Below are positions 26,643 through 37,329 of a stretch of 54,064 nucleotides of DNA, one piece after another. The DNA is taken from assembly GCA_030425355.1 (NCBI GenBank), contig JAUIAG010000003.1, forward strand, positions 1 to 54,064. Direction: 5' to 3'. The position numbers and the translations under genes were made by a program. Position 1 is the stretch's first letter; every line of letters starts with the position of its first letter. A model generated the notes under the pieces. It had not been told where the DNA came from, searched no databases, and was given only the letters and a program-made list of their open reading frames with translations. The DNA comes from Verrucomicrobiia bacterium. Lineage in GTDB: Bacteria; Verrucomicrobiota; Verrucomicrobiia; Limisphaerales; JAJOIW01.

Positions 26643-28088
26643 ATGATCCGATACAAAACAGTCAATGGACGGCCGCGGCATGGCCTGATTCCTGTAATGG
26701 CCATTTTCCTTATTGTGGTCCAGGGACTTCACGATCTCCGGGCAGCCGGTGGTGACCCCAACCGTCCGGATGTGGTTCTTATTATGCTGGATGATGCGGG
26801 ATATACGGACTTCGGGGTTTATGGTGGCCTTGCCGATACGCCCAATATGGATCAACTGGCAGCCGAAGGCATCCGGTTCACCGACTGTCACGCCGCGGCT
26901 CCCAACTGCTCGCCATCAAGGGCGGGGATGCTGACCGGACGCTTCCCGGCCCGCGCAGGTATTTACAGCTACATTCCTCCCCGGCATCCGATGCATCTCC
27001 GCTCCGAAGAAATCACCATAGCGGAGGTCCTCAAAGAGAGGGGATATGCGACCGGACACTTCGGGAAGTGGCATTTGTCACAGCTCGAGTGGGCTGCGGA
27101 CCGCAACCACCCGCAGCCCACAGACCAGGGGTTTGACCATTCGCTGGGCACCACCAACAACGCCAGTCCCAGTCATCACAATCCGACCAACTTCCACCGC
27201 AACCGAAAGCCGGTTGGACAAATCAGCGGCTACAGCTGTCACATCGTGGCGGATGAATTTATTGACTGGTCATCAATGGTGGCTGAAGACGAACCACTGC
27301 TGGCGGTGATCTGGTTCAACGAGCCCCACACGCCGATCGGGTCCCCTACCCATCTGGTGGACAAGTATCTGTCACGCATGGATGAGAAGGACGCCAGGAA
27401 GGCGCGCTACCTCGCCAATATCGAGAATGTGGACATGGCGGTCGGACGGATCAGGGATCAGCTGGAGGTTCTCGAGCGAAGTGAAAACACCTTCCTTTTT
27501 CTGACATCGGATAATGGCGGTATCAACTCGTGGTCGACGATGGGTCTTCGTGGCCGGAAATCCCATGTTTACGAGGGCGGACACCGCGAACCCGGCATAC
27601 TCCGATGGCCTTCAAAAATACCTCCCGGGCAGACCTGCGAAACCCCGATAAGCCACCTCGATCTTTTCCCGACCATTTGTGACATTGCGGGAGCGGTCCC
27701 CTCACCCGACCGCAAGATGGATGGGGTCAGCCTCCGGCCACTCTGGGAGGACGGGCATTTCATCCGGGAAACTCCCCTCTTCTGGTTTTTCTACCGCGTA
27801 AAACCGGCGGCAGCAATGCGCGACGGCGACTGGGTTCTGACAGGGTATCTCAATGACCCGATTGAGAGGCACACACATCCGCTGACAGCCCCCGACATGC
27901 CGATGATTCGCCAGGCACCGCTGGATCAGTTCGAACTGTACAACCTTCGAACCGATCCGGAACAGCAGGCTGATCTGGCCGAATTTTATCCTGAAAGACT
28001 GTCCGCCATGAAGAAGCGTATGCAGGACCTCCATCGTGAAGTCGTCAACGAAGGGCCACAGTGGGATCTTGAAAACTGGAAGCCCTGA
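26643..28088 (+). CDS. Formylglycine-dependent (S1) sulfatase, exported
   Basis: DD metal motif, CSPSRAGMLTGR (CxPxR), GKWHL, SDNG, YEGG. Confidence 0.93.
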   Translation: MIRYKTVNGRPRHGLIPVMAIFLIVVQGLHDLRAAGGDPNRPDVVLIMLDDAGYTDFGVYGGLADTPNMDQLAAEGIRFTDCHAAAPNCSPSRAGMLTGRFPARAGIYSYIPPRHPMHLRSEEITIAEVLKERGYATGHFGKWHLSQLEWAADRNHPQPTDQGFDHSLGTTNNASPSHHNPTNFHRNRKPVGQISGYSCHIVADEFIDWSSMVAEDEPLLAVIWFNEPHTPIGSPTHLVDKYLSRMDEKDARKARYLANIENVDMAVGRIRDQLEVLERSENTFLFLTSDNGGINSWSTMGLRGRKSHVYEGGHREPGILRWPSKIPPGQTCETPISHLDLFPTICDIAGAVPSPDRKMDGVSLRPLWEDGHFIRETPLFWFFYRVKPAAAMRDGDWVLTGYLNDPIERHTHPLTAPDMPMIRQAPLDQFELYNLRTDPEQQADLAEFYPERLSAMKKRMQDLHREVVNEGPQWDLENWKP

Positions 28089-28118
28089 ACCTTGAAACTG
28101 ATTCTTCCTGGAGGTGCA

Positions 28119-29741
28119 ATGAAAGCCCTGCCAATCCTGCTGACGTCATTAACGGCTGCTGTTGTTCTCATTCCCGGCCCCCGGGCAGCAGCCGCAGCCG
28201 GAATAACCACTGAGACTACCCGGCGTCCGAATATTCTTCTGATTGTCGCCGATGACCTTGGCTTTTCCGATCCCGGGTGTTACGGCGGCGAGATTGACAC
28301 CCCGAATCTCGACAGACTCGCAGCCAGGGGCCTCCGTTTCAGTCAGTTTTACAACACGGCCCGCTGCTGGCCTACACGTGCCAGTGTGCTCACCGGATAC
28401 TATGCGCAGCAGGTGCGTCGCGACACGGTGCCGGACCTTCCAAGCGGTGGGGCCGGCATGCGCCCTGAATGGGCTCCATTGCTGTCGGAGGTTTTCAAAA
28501 AGCATGGCTACCGCACCTATCACAGTGGCAAATGGCATCTTGATGGAATGCCGCTCCAGAGTGGTTTCGACCGATCCTATCACCTCAGAGACCAGGGACG
28601 CTTTTTCTCTCCAAAAACGCACTGGGAGGATGACCGAAGGCTGCCGGAAGTGGACCCGGCCGATGGGTACTACGCCACCACAGCGATCGCGGACCATGCA
28701 CTCGCCTGCCTGAGAGAACACGGGGAATATTACGATCAGCGGCCATTCTTTCATTACCTTGCCTTCACGGCTCCGCATTTCCCGCTCCATGCGATGCAAC
28801 AGGATATCGCCGTCTACAAGGGCCGTTACGATGCCGGCTGGGATCAGCTCAGACTGCGTCGATGGCAGAGAATCCAGGACATGAACATCCCCGGCCTATG
28901 GAAGCTGTCGCAACCGGAAAGAGAGATCGGTCCGCCCTACCATTTTCCGGAAGCACTTTCGATTCTTGGAGAGGGGGAGGTGAACAGACCATGGCAGTGG
29001 GATTCACTCTCAGCCATTCAAAAGTCCTTTCAGGCAGCAAAAATGGAAATCCATGCCGCCATGGTCCATCGGATGGACGTCGAAACCGGCCGCATTATGG
29101 ATCAGCTGGAGTCTTCCGGGATGCTGGACAACACACTCATCCTGTTTTTATCAGACAACGGGGCAAGCGCGGAAATCATGGTCAGAGCGGATGGTCATGA
29201 CCCGGATGCACCACCGGGATCCCGTCCATCATACCTCTGTCTGGGGCCAGGCTGGTCGACGGTCAGCAACACCCCCTTCCGCATGCACAAAACATGGGTG
29301 CACGCGGGTGGATGTGCCACCCCGTTGATTGTCAGCTGGCATGCCGGGATTGCCCCTGCCCGTCGGGGGCAATGGGTCACACAGCCGGGCCACGTCATTG
29401 ACCTGGTTCCGACACTGGCAGCTCTTGCCGGAGTCGAACTCCCGGAATCGCCGGTTCCGAGACCGGGTATCAATCTCGGTCCATGGATTACCGGAGAACC
29501 CGGCCATGAAAATATCGCAAGGCAACTGTGGTGGCTGCATGAAGGCAACCGTGCCCTAGTTGACGGTGACTGGAAAATTGTCGCCCGCGCCGGACATGAG
29601 TGGGAGCTTTTCAACCTCCGGAATGACAGGACGGAAACCATGGATCTGGCAGATACATTTCCCGGGAAGGTGAGCTTCCTCGGGCAGAGGTGGGAAGGGA
29701 TGTGGGAGCAGATAGAGGCGGACGCAAGAGCCGGGAAATAA
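28119..29741 (+). CDS. Arylsulfatase (S1), exported
   Basis: RPNILLIVADDLG, CWPTRASVLTG, GKWHL, APHFPLHA, SDNGA; GGAGGT RBS supports ATG 28119 over the track start 28092. Confidence 0.93.
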   Translation: MKALPILLTSLTAAVVLIPGPRAAAAAGITTETTRRPNILLIVADDLGFSDPGCYGGEIDTPNLDRLAARGLRFSQFYNTARCWPTRASVLTGYYAQQVRRDTVPDLPSGGAGMRPEWAPLLSEVFKKHGYRTYHSGKWHLDGMPLQSGFDRSYHLRDQGRFFSPKTHWEDDRRLPEVDPADGYYATTAIADHALACLREHGEYYDQRPFFHYLAFTAPHFPLHAMQQDIAVYKGRYDAGWDQLRLRRWQRIQDMNIPGLWKLSQPEREIGPPYHFPEALSILGEGEVNRPWQWDSLSAIQKSFQAAKMEIHAAMVHRMDVETGRIMDQLESSGMLDNTLILFLSDNGASAEIMVRADGHDPDAPPGSRPSYLCLGPGWSTVSNTPFRMHKTWVHAGGCATPLIVSWHAGIAPARRGQWVTQPGHVIDLVPTLAALAGVELPESPVPRPGINLGPWITGEPGHENIARQLWWLHEGNRALVDGDWKIVARAGHEWELFNLRNDRTETMDLADTFPGKVSFLGQRWEGMWEQIEADARAGK

Positions 29742-29839
29742 TATCAGTGCCGGTGAATCGGCCGGAGGGGCTGCCGGGGTGAAGGAGGTGTGATGTTTTT
29801 CCAGTTGACCGCACGATTGGCGGTGCTTTGATAGGCGAT

Positions 29840-31126
29840 ATGAAAGCACATGGTGGAGGAATCGTCTGGTTAAGGCTGTTGATTGTCACGGGGTTCATGC
29901 TGCAGTGCGGCGTGGCTGACACGCTCGATGGCTGGCCGGCGTGGCGGGGTCCAGCCGAGAAGGGCTCGACCGGCATCGGGACCTATCCGTCGCAGCTGAA
30001 TATTGAGAACGCGGAGTGGAAACTGGAACTTCCCGGGAAAGGCGGGTCCACTCCGATAACAGCCGGCGACCGAATTATTCTGACCACACCCAGTGAAGAC
30101 AAGAACGCCGTGATGGCTGTTGATTTCAATGGAAAAGTTCTGTGGACGACCACCATGGGGACCGCCACCCCGCCCCGCCACCGCCGGCTTGGCTCAAGCT
30201 GCAACTCATCGCCGGTGACGGATGGCAAATCTGTCTTTGTCTACTTCAAGAGCGGTGACTTCGCTGCTCTGGATCTTGACGGGGCGATGCTGTGGCACCG
30301 CAATCTCATTGAGGAGTTCGGACCCGAGGAACTGTACTGGGATCAGGGAAGCTCGCCTGTCGTCAACGACACTCATGTCTTTCTGGCGAGGATGCACGCC
30401 GGTGAATCGTGGATCGCCGCTTTTGAGAAATCCACCGGGAAAATCACCTGGAAAACGCCCCGCAACTACAGGACCCCTGCGGAGAATGATAACGGCTACA
30501 CCACGCCGATCCTCTACATGGAAGGCGACCGTCAGGCTCTGCTTCTATGGGGTGCCGATCACCTGACTTCCTATGACGCTGCCACCGGGGAGCTGCTCTG
30601 GTGGTGCGGCGGCTTTAACCCGGAAGGGACCGCCTACTGGCCGGCTATCGCCAGTCCGGTCATCGTCGGGGATATGATCGTCGTTCCTGTTGGCCGTGAT
30701 GACCGCCGCGATCAGGCGCATATCTACGGGGTCCGAACCGGAGGCAAAGGCGATGTTTCCAAAACACATGTCATCTGGGACCGCCAGAAAATCGGCGTCT
30801 TTGTCTCCGCTCTTGCCGCCAGCGATGGAAAGGTTTTCCTTCTGCGCAACAAGGGGGGCATAGCCTGCGTGAATCCGTCGGATGGCGGGCTGCTGTGGGA
30901 AGCCGGATTTCCGGAGTCCCGTCATGCCTATTATTCCTCACCGGTTATAGCCAACGGAGTCCTCTATGCGGCCCGCAATGATGGAATGGTTTTTTCCGCC
31001 CGCGTCGGCGACACCTTCACTCCTCTGCATGAGAATGATATGGGCGAGGAATTGATCGCCTCGCCGGTGCCTGTGCGGGACAGGATTCTGATCCGCGGCG
31101 AGAAGACACTCTTCTGCTTCCGCTGA
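29840..31126 (+). CDS. Exported PQQ-binding-like beta-propeller protein
   Basis: Signal peptide, WPAWRGP, WKLELPG.G.STP, SSP blades, C-terminal IRGEKTLFCF. Confidence 0.85.
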   Translation: MKAHGGGIVWLRLLIVTGFMLQCGVADTLDGWPAWRGPAEKGSTGIGTYPSQLNIENAEWKLELPGKGGSTPITAGDRIILTTPSEDKNAVMAVDFNGKVLWTTTMGTATPPRHRRLGSSCNSSPVTDGKSVFVYFKSGDFAALDLDGAMLWHRNLIEEFGPEELYWDQGSSPVVNDTHVFLARMHAGESWIAAFEKSTGKITWKTPRNYRTPAENDNGYTTPILYMEGDRQALLLWGADHLTSYDAATGELLWWCGGFNPEGTAYWPAIASPVIVGDMIVVPVGRDDRRDQAHIYGVRTGGKGDVSKTHVIWDRQKIGVFVSALAASDGKVFLLRNKGGIACVNPSDGGLLWEAGFPESRHAYYSSPVIANGVLYAARNDGMVFSARVGDTFTPLHENDMGEELIASPVPVRDRILIRGEKTLFCFR

Positions 31127-31138
31127 AATACCGGTTTG

Positions 31139-31192
31139 AAAACCGTCACCGGTCCGGAATTCGAAACTTCCGGTGCCGGTGACGGTTTTTTT
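31139..31192 (+). terminator. Rho-independent terminator
   Basis: AAAACCGTCACCGG...CCGGTGACGG-T7. Confidence 0.75.
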
Positions 31193-31214
31193 ATTCATCC
31201 ATTTTTTAGCTTCC

Positions 31215-31244
31215 CGGTGCCAGGCACGTGCGTGGCAGGCACCG
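31215..31244. repeat. REP-like palindrome
   Basis: CGGTGCCAGGCACG-TG-CGTGGCAGGCACCG; shares the GGTG[AC]CAGGC[AT]C core with other intergenic sites. Confidence 0.5.
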
Positions 31245-31353
31245 CGAGAATTACATCCCATGTCTTCCGCAGGCCGGTGGATGTGTGGATCGGGTGACAC
31301 TTCAGACAGCGTCAAATTGAATCCACCTTCGGGATTCTCACGAAGAGACTGTC

Positions 31354-31605
31354 ATGAAATTGCCTGAATACGGCCCCGAGCTGAGATCCTCGATCATCCG
31401 GATGGCATGGGAGGACCGGGTGACCTTTGACGAGATCGAGAGGAAGACCGGCTGGACCGAGGCCATGGTCATTCGTCTGATGCGACGCGAGATGAAACCG
31501 TCGAGCTTCCGGATGTGGAGGAAGCGGGTATCGGGCCGGATCACAAAGCATCGTCGAAAGCTGAAGCAGCATCTTCAGAGAGAACAGGACACACCACATG
31601 AGTAA
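31354..31605 (+). CDS. TIGR03643 / DUF2805 family protein
   Basis: [15 protein letters not shown]...[26 protein letters not shown]. Confidence 0.85.
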   Translation: MKLPEYGPELRSSIIRMAWEDRVTFDEIERKTGWTEAMVIRLMRREMKPSSFRMWRKRVSGRITKHRRKLKQHLQREQDTPHE

Positions 31606-31972
31606 TGGCAGGGATAGCCGCTTCAGACACTGCGCGGTCTGTGGACTGCCATTCAGCTGGCGATCCAGATGGAAGGACTGCTGGGACGAAGTAAGATACT
31701 GTTCACAGCGATGCCGACGACGGAAGCTGCGGGATTCAGATCAGCAGCTTGAGAGTCAACTTCTGGACCTGTTGCGTCATGGACGCCAATCGGTTTCTGA
31801 GCTTGAGTCCAGTGTGACCGGGGCCGCAGCGATGGGGATCGCGCCGGACAGGCAGTCTGTCCGGATGGCACTCCGAAGACTGTGTGTCAAAGGCGCCGTC
31901 CGCATACCCCGTCCGGCACGAACCGTGGACGGCATGGCTTCTGACGGGTCGACCCTCATTGAAATTTCCTGA
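31598..31972 (+). CDS. DUF2256-domain protein with a DUF3253-like winged-helix C-terminus
   Basis: [14 protein letters not shown]...[13 protein letters not shown]; overlaps the upstream gene. Confidence 0.78.
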   Translation: MSNGRDSRFRHCAVCGLPFSWRSRWKDCWDEVRYCSQRCRRRKLRDSDQQLESQLLDLLRHGRQSVSELESSVTGAAAMGIAPDRQSVRMALRRLCVKGAVRIPRPARTVDGMASDGSTLIEIS

Positions 31973-32059
31973 AAGCTGGATCCGGGCGGCGGGTATTCTT
32001 CAGTGAAGCACGACAGCATCAGCTTCGTGAAAAAAGAAATTTCAAACTGGAGAATTGTT

Positions 32060-32563
32060 ATGAACAGGGCACCACAAAAACTGATTGCATCAATAAGCCG
32101 TCCGATAGTTCTGGTTATTGCCGGGCTGCTTTGGACTGCGACTTTCGGTGCTGCCGGGGAGAGCCCCGACGGTAATGGAACCATGAATGGCTTCGATCGT
32201 TTCAGGCTCCAGTTTTCACCGCAACTCAAGGAAGGCACGGATGGCAAAAGACAGTCCTCGCCTGTCCGTGAAGCACCCATTGTCACCGGCTATGATGAAG
32301 AACGCCAACCGGGCAACACTCCGGTGCGCACAGCCACTCCGGCCCTCAAAGATTCATACGACCAGGCCCGGACCAATTCTCTGGTAACCATAACCATGCA
32401 GGAAGGGAATATTGTTGTCACATGGCCTGAGGGAATGAGTCTTGAATACACCACCGCCATCGGCCAGCCCTGGCAGCCGCTCACCGCCGGAGGCAACCAC
32501 ATCGTTATCAATCCCGAAAATCCTGGACTGTCCCCAACTTCATTCTTCCGTGCTATAAAATAA
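32060..32563 (+). CDS. Small exported protein: linker plus C-terminal W...FFR domain
   Basis: Signal peptide (IVLVIAGLLWTATFGA); C-terminus IVVTWPEGMSLEYTTAIGQPW...SFFRAIK; GGAG RBS before ATG 32060. Confidence 0.6.
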   Translation: MNRAPQKLIASISRPIVLVIAGLLWTATFGAAGESPDGNGTMNGFDRFRLQFSPQLKEGTDGKRQSSPVREAPIVTGYDEERQPGNTPVRTATPALKDSYDQARTNSLVTITMQEGNIVVTWPEGMSLEYTTAIGQPWQPLTAGGNHIVINPENPGLSPTSFFRAIK

Positions 32564-32649
32564 TACAGAAGGATGGAACAAACGATGGTGAGTGGATCAT
32601 CGGTGATTGGAATCTCCGACAGGCCCCGGATGAGAAACGGGCGGGAATA

Positions 32650-34122
32650 TTATCTGGAATCAGAATCCATGTCTGAATCGGAATACTGACCGGTTCCCCA
32701 GCCACCACCAAGAGTCAGATGAAGGCGAATCCACGCGCGGGTCAGTGCGGTTTTCGCCTGAATCATTTCCAGATTGATTTCATTGCGGCGCAGCTGATCG
32801 ATAAGGAGGTCGAGGAGGCTGATTCGCCCCGCCCCGTACATTTTCTCCGACAGGGACACCGCGGTTTCGGCTGCCCGTGAAGCCTCAGTCCATGACTGGT
32901 AGCGCCTTCGGTGGGCATCCATAGCGGCAATCCCGCTCTCCACTTCGCCAATGGCCTTGATGACAGCCTTTTCATACGCCAGCAGGGCTTCCCTGTTTTC
33001 TGAACGGGCCTGTTCGAGAATCGCTCTGTTCCGCCCTCCGGCGAAGAGAGCCCATTCGATCCGCGGTGCGAACTGCCAGGCGAAACTTGAAGCCTCGAAG
33101 AGATTGACGGCGCTTGAGGAGACCAGCTGCGGCTGGCCCATCAGGTAGAACTTCGGATAGAAGTTGGAGATGGCGACACCGATCCCGGCACTGCTGGCAG
33201 CGAGCTGACTTTCCATCACGCGAATGTCCGGACGACGGCGTATCAGTTGCGCCGGCAGTCCGACCTGAATAAACGGGAGGTCTTCCGGAAAGTCAGTCCA
33301 TGACTCAGCCTGTGCGTCCATGGCGGACGACTCAGAGCCAAGGAGCAGGGTGAGGCGACGGAGTTCATTCACGCCTGCCGACTGGAGTAGTGGAAGCATC
33401 GCCCGGATCGACTCCAGCTGCGATACCGACCGCTCGACATCCAGTTGACTGGCCAGCCCTGAGTCATGCCGGAGTTTAACGAGCTTCAGTGTTTGCTGCT
33501 GAAGCTGAATACTGTCTTCAAGCAGCACCTGCTGTCGGTTGAGGCCAATGATTGACACATAAGTATCGGCAACCTCTGCCGATGTCGACAGCCTGAGGCC
33601 CTCGAGCCCGGCCTCCGCTGCAAGGATGCGGGCCCCGGCAGCTTCCACCGATCTCCGCACTCCACCGAAGACATCAAGTTCCCACGATACGGGTATTCCA
33701 AGAGTCCATTGATCAAACTCGTTGGGAATCAGGCCCTGCTGAGGCGATGAGGTAAAGGGCGCCAGAAAATTGTCACTGTTACGGATCTTTGAAAAGGATG
33801 GAACCGCACTGACCTGCGGCAAACCGGCAGACAATGCCTGCGAGCGGGCCATTCGCGAGCGCTGCAGCCTCTCAAGGCCAATGCGCACATCAAAATTATT
33901 GGTCAGTGCCTGAGAGACGAGCGTGTTGAGGTTGCCATCTCCGAGGGCCCACCACCATGGCGAGTGCGGCAGGGGCGCCTCTTCACTGTCCGAAACCGTG
34001 CCCGGAACAGAATAACCGGATGGCAGACCGAGGTCCGGCCGCCGGTAGTCTGGACCGACGCCGCGGCATGCAGTACACAGCACCAGGCACAGCAGGAGGA
34101 GATATGAATTTCGATATGACAT
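32650..34122 (-). CDS. RND efflux outer-membrane lipoprotein (OprM/NodT family)
   Basis: Lipobox-like LCTAC, VGPDYRRP, WW..LGD, SWELDVFGG, RRPDI, LGGGW. Confidence 0.92.
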   Translation of the reverse strand: MSYRNSYLLLLCLVLCTACRGVGPDYRRPDLGLPSGYSVPGTVSDSEEAPLPHSPWWWALGDGNLNTLVSQALTNNFDVRIGLERLQRSRMARSQALSAGLPQVSAVPSFSKIRNSDNFLAPFTSSPQQGLIPNEFDQWTLGIPVSWELDVFGGVRRSVEAAGARILAAEAGLEGLRLSTSAEVADTYVSIIGLNRQQVLLEDSIQLQQQTLKLVKLRHDSGLASQLDVERSVSQLESIRAMLPLLQSAGVNELRRLTLLLGSESSAMDAQAESWTDFPEDLPFIQVGLPAQLIRRRPDIRVMESQLAASSAGIGVAISNFYPKFYLMGQPQLVSSSAVNLFEASSFAWQFAPRIEWALFAGGRNRAILEQARSENREALLAYEKAVIKAIGEVESGIAAMDAHRRRYQSWTEASRAAETAVSLSEKMYGAGRISLLDLLIDQLRRNEINLEMIQAKTALTRAWIRLHLTLGGGWGTGQYSDSDMDSDSR

Positions 34123-34133
34123 GGGAATTCCGA

Positions 34134-37100
34134 TCAGGCAGCAGGCGCCGGGGATGAATGATCACGGGTTTTGAGTATTGTATACATGGCCGGAGTGAAG
34201 GTGAGCGCCAGCAGGGTTGACCCGCCAACTCCGCCGGCGAGAACAATGGCCAGCGGGGGCCAGAACTGCCCGCCAATGAATAGAAGCAACGGGAGGAAGC
34301 TGCCGATGGTTGTCATGGTGGTGGAAACCAGGTGCCTTGTGGTTGCGTTGACTGCTTTTGCAATCGCCTCCGGATCTCCACCGGCGGCTTCCGGGTCCTT
34401 CATAATGGAAGCAAGCACGACAATGCTGCTGTTGAAAGCCAGCCCCATCAATCCGAGTGAACCGATGATGGTATTGAAGCTGACGGGGAACTGCATGGCC
34501 CATGTGGCGATCAGCCCGAAACCGGCGGACATGGGCGCAGCCATCAGAAGAATCAGGGCGATGCGCACACTGCGGAAAGTCAGGATCAGTACAGCGACGG
34601 TCACCACGATGATCACCGGAAGGTAGAGGAGCAGATTGCCCACCGCCTCATCCCGGTTCTCCGTCTCGCCACCCACTTTCAACTCATATCCAACCGGCAC
34701 TTTGAAACCGGATTGATCGAGAAGCTGCATGACCTCGTCAGTTATATCAACCGCCAGAGTGCCGGACCGCACAAAACCGTGAATCTTGTTGACCCTCTGC
34801 CCGTCACGGCGGGTGATACCACCCTGCTCCGGCACCAGATCGACGGAAGCCACAGAAGAGAGCGGCGTCCAACCGCCATCAGTCGCCTGCGGCAGCACGA
34901 GATTGACGTTGGACAGATCGGCGAACTCATCCCGCTCCGGGGCGGCCATCCGGATCCGAACCGGCAACTCCTCTATGCCCTCCATGACGGTTCCGGAAAC
35001 GGATCCTTCGAAGAGGCTGTCGATCTGCGCGGCGATGTCGCGCAGACTCAGGCCCATCATCCGCGCTTCGGATTCACGGACGGACAGCTTCAGCTTCGGT
35101 TCACCCCGGGGAATAGTCGTCAGGGTATGCAGAATGTCCGGATGTTCGGCGAGTTTAAGTCTCACCTGTTCGCCGAGTTCCTGAAGCACCTGAATATCCG
35201 GGCCGGTGATCCGGAACTCCACATCCGCATCGGCGGGAGGGCCCTGAGCGAACTTCGAGAACAACACCTGGAGATCCGGGTGTTCCTTGTCCGCCTTGTC
35301 CTGCAGGCGGTCAATCATGTCCGTCACAGCCTTGAAGTCAGTCGTGGCAATGATGCCATGGGCATAATTGCGTGCCCCGTCCTGATTCATAATCAGGTTG
35401 TAGTAGACAGTGGGAAAGCTCTCACCGACCATCCAGTCAATCCCGGTGACAGCCGGTTCGGTGCGAATCAGGCTGTCGATCCTTTCAGCTGCCTGTTTCG
35501 TTCTCTCCAGTGAGGCATCGGTTGGCAGGCGGATCTCAACCTCGAACATATTCCGGTCGGTTCTTGGGAAGAACTGACTCCCAAGCGTCGTGGCAAGGAG
35601 AAATCCGGTTACGGGGAGGACAAGAGACAGGCCGACACAGACCCGGCGATGTCTGATGCAGGCGAGAAGAAATCGATTGGCATCGGTGCCACCGGGCTTC
35701 CAGAAGAGTCCGTCACGGAGCCATCCGGGCAGGATGGAGTGTGTTCGGGATTTTCCGAATAGACCGGCGAGTGCGGCAATGACAGTCATCGCGATCAGGA
35801 ATGATCCGCACAGGGCAATAATCACACTGCTGGAGATGGAGCTGACGAAATCGCCGGCCGGCCCCGGGAGGAGGAGGATCGGCAGAAAGGACAGCACCGT
35901 GGTGAGTGTTGATGACAGCAGGGGCAGAAAAAGGTGATGGACGGCGGCGGATACGGCGTCCAGCGGCCCGGCCCCCGCCCTGAGCCCCCGGCGAACTTCA
36001 TCGGTCACAACTATGGCATTATCAATCAGCAAACCAAGTGCGATGATCATTCCGAAGATGGACATCTGATGCAGTTTCCCGCCCTGCATCGCGACGACGA
36101 AAAGTGTGGATGAGGCCACCAGCGGCAGTGCGGTGCTGATAATGATCGAAGCCCTCCAGCCCATGGTCAGCAACACCACGAGAAAGACCACAACCGCTCC
36201 AAGAAAAAGATTGCCTGCCAGATCTCCAAGTCTTGATGAGGTGTATTCATCCTGACTGAAAACCGGAGTGACGGCTATCATCCCGCCGGCTCGTTTTCGG
36301 AAATCTTCAAGTTCCAGCATGGCCCTTGCGGCCCAGAGGTCCACCCTCTGATCGGGCATGACCCTGGCGGCGACGTAGACGGCACCGTCCCCTTCGTGGA
36401 CGCCAAGACTCATGGGCGGGTCCATGATTCCGCGACGGACGCGGGCCACATCGGCAATCCGAACCAGAGCATGTCCCGAGTCAGAGTATCGAAGCGGCAC
36501 TTCCCGGATCCTCTGGACTGATTCGAACTCACCACTGACCTCGATGAGCATGTCACTGTTTTTTCCGCGGACAGCTCCTGAGGGGATCTTGACATCGGCA
36601 TCACGAAGCGCCTGATGCACTTCAATCGGGCTGATATTCATGGATGCCAGCTGGTCGACATTCAGCTCGACGAGTATTTCTTCAGGAATATCCCCGTAGA
36701 GCCTGACCAGCTCAGTCCCGGAGACACCCCGCAGTCTGTCGCCGAGGTTTTCGCCAAGACGTCTCAATATGGCATGATCACCGGCCCGGCCATCCTCCCA
36801 ATGGAGAGCGGTGATAAGGGTGAATGCCACGGCGTTCCTCTTATCATCAAAGGACGGGGCTGTCGCCTCAGGCGGGAACCGGACGGCTGCTTCCCCGACC
36901 TTGTCGCGGATTTCAGAGAACACAGCATCATTGGTTTCCTCATTGATGGCATCGGCCAGCTCGACGGTCACAACCGAGACGCCTGCCCGTGAGACCGACT
37001 CAATGTGCTTGATGGCTGTGATCTCCCTCAGCTCCTGTTCGAGCGGCTCGGAAATAAGGGCCTCGACACGATCAGCGGGTGCACCCGGCAGAAGCGTCAG

Positions 37101-37277
37101 AATCTGTGCATTGCGATTACTGATCACCGGATCCTCAAGTCTGGGCAGACCTTTGATCGCGGAATAGCCGCCCACCATGATCACCAGGATGGTCAGCACC
37201 AACAAGTGCCGGTTGGATACAAACACCTCGGCCAGTGGGTGACTTTTGTCGCGGTGTCCTGAATTCAAGTCGTTCAT
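34134..37277 (-). CDS. RND efflux transporter permease (AcrB/D/F family)
   Basis: 1047 aa; LPRLEDP, GLLIDNAIVV, FFPRTDR, FWPPLA; 12-TM layout. Confidence 0.93.
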   Translation of the reverse strand: MNDLNSGHRDKSHPLAEVFVSNRHLLVLTILVIMVGGYSAIKGLPRLEDPVISNRNAQILTLLPGAPADRVEALISEPLEQELREITAIKHIESVSRAGVSVVTVELADAINEETNDAVFSEIRDKVGEAAVRFPPEATAPSFDDKRNAVAFTLITALHWEDGRAGDHAILRRLGENLGDRLRGVSGTELVRLYGDIPEEILVELNVDQLASMNISPIEVHQALRDADVKIPSGAVRGKNSDMLIEVSGEFESVQRIREVPLRYSDSGHALVRIADVARVRRGIMDPPMSLGVHEGDGAVYVAARVMPDQRVDLWAARAMLELEDFRKRAGGMIAVTPVFSQDEYTSSRLGDLAGNLFLGAVVVFLVVLLTMGWRASIIISTALPLVASSTLFVVAMQGGKLHQMSIFGMIIALGLLIDNAIVVTDEVRRGLRAGAGPLDAVSAAVHHLFLPLLSSTLTTVLSFLPILLLPGPAGDFVSSISSSVIIALCGSFLIAMTVIAALAGLFGKSRTHSILPGWLRDGLFWKPGGTDANRFLLACIRHRRVCVGLSLVLPVTGFLLATTLGSQFFPRTDRNMFEVEIRLPTDASLERTKQAAERIDSLIRTEPAVTGIDWMVGESFPTVYYNLIMNQDGARNYAHGIIATTDFKAVTDMIDRLQDKADKEHPDLQVLFSKFAQGPPADADVEFRITGPDIQVLQELGEQVRLKLAEHPDILHTLTTIPRGEPKLKLSVRESEARMMGLSLRDIAAQIDSLFEGSVSGTVMEGIEELPVRIRMAAPERDEFADLSNVNLVLPQATDGGWTPLSSVASVDLVPEQGGITRRDGQRVNKIHGFVRSGTLAVDITDEVMQLLDQSGFKVPVGYELKVGGETENRDEAVGNLLLYLPVIIVVTVAVLILTFRSVRIALILLMAAPMSAGFGLIATWAMQFPVSFNTIIGSLGLMGLAFNSSIVVLASIMKDPEAAGGDPEAIAKAVNATTRHLVSTTMTTIGSFLPLLLFIGGQFWPPLAIVLAGGVGGSTLLALTFTPAMYTILKTRDHSSPAPAA

Positions 37278-37329
37278 ATCGATTTCCTGATGCGGGTTTC
37301 AGATGGATGATTTCTGCCCTGCTGTCAAT

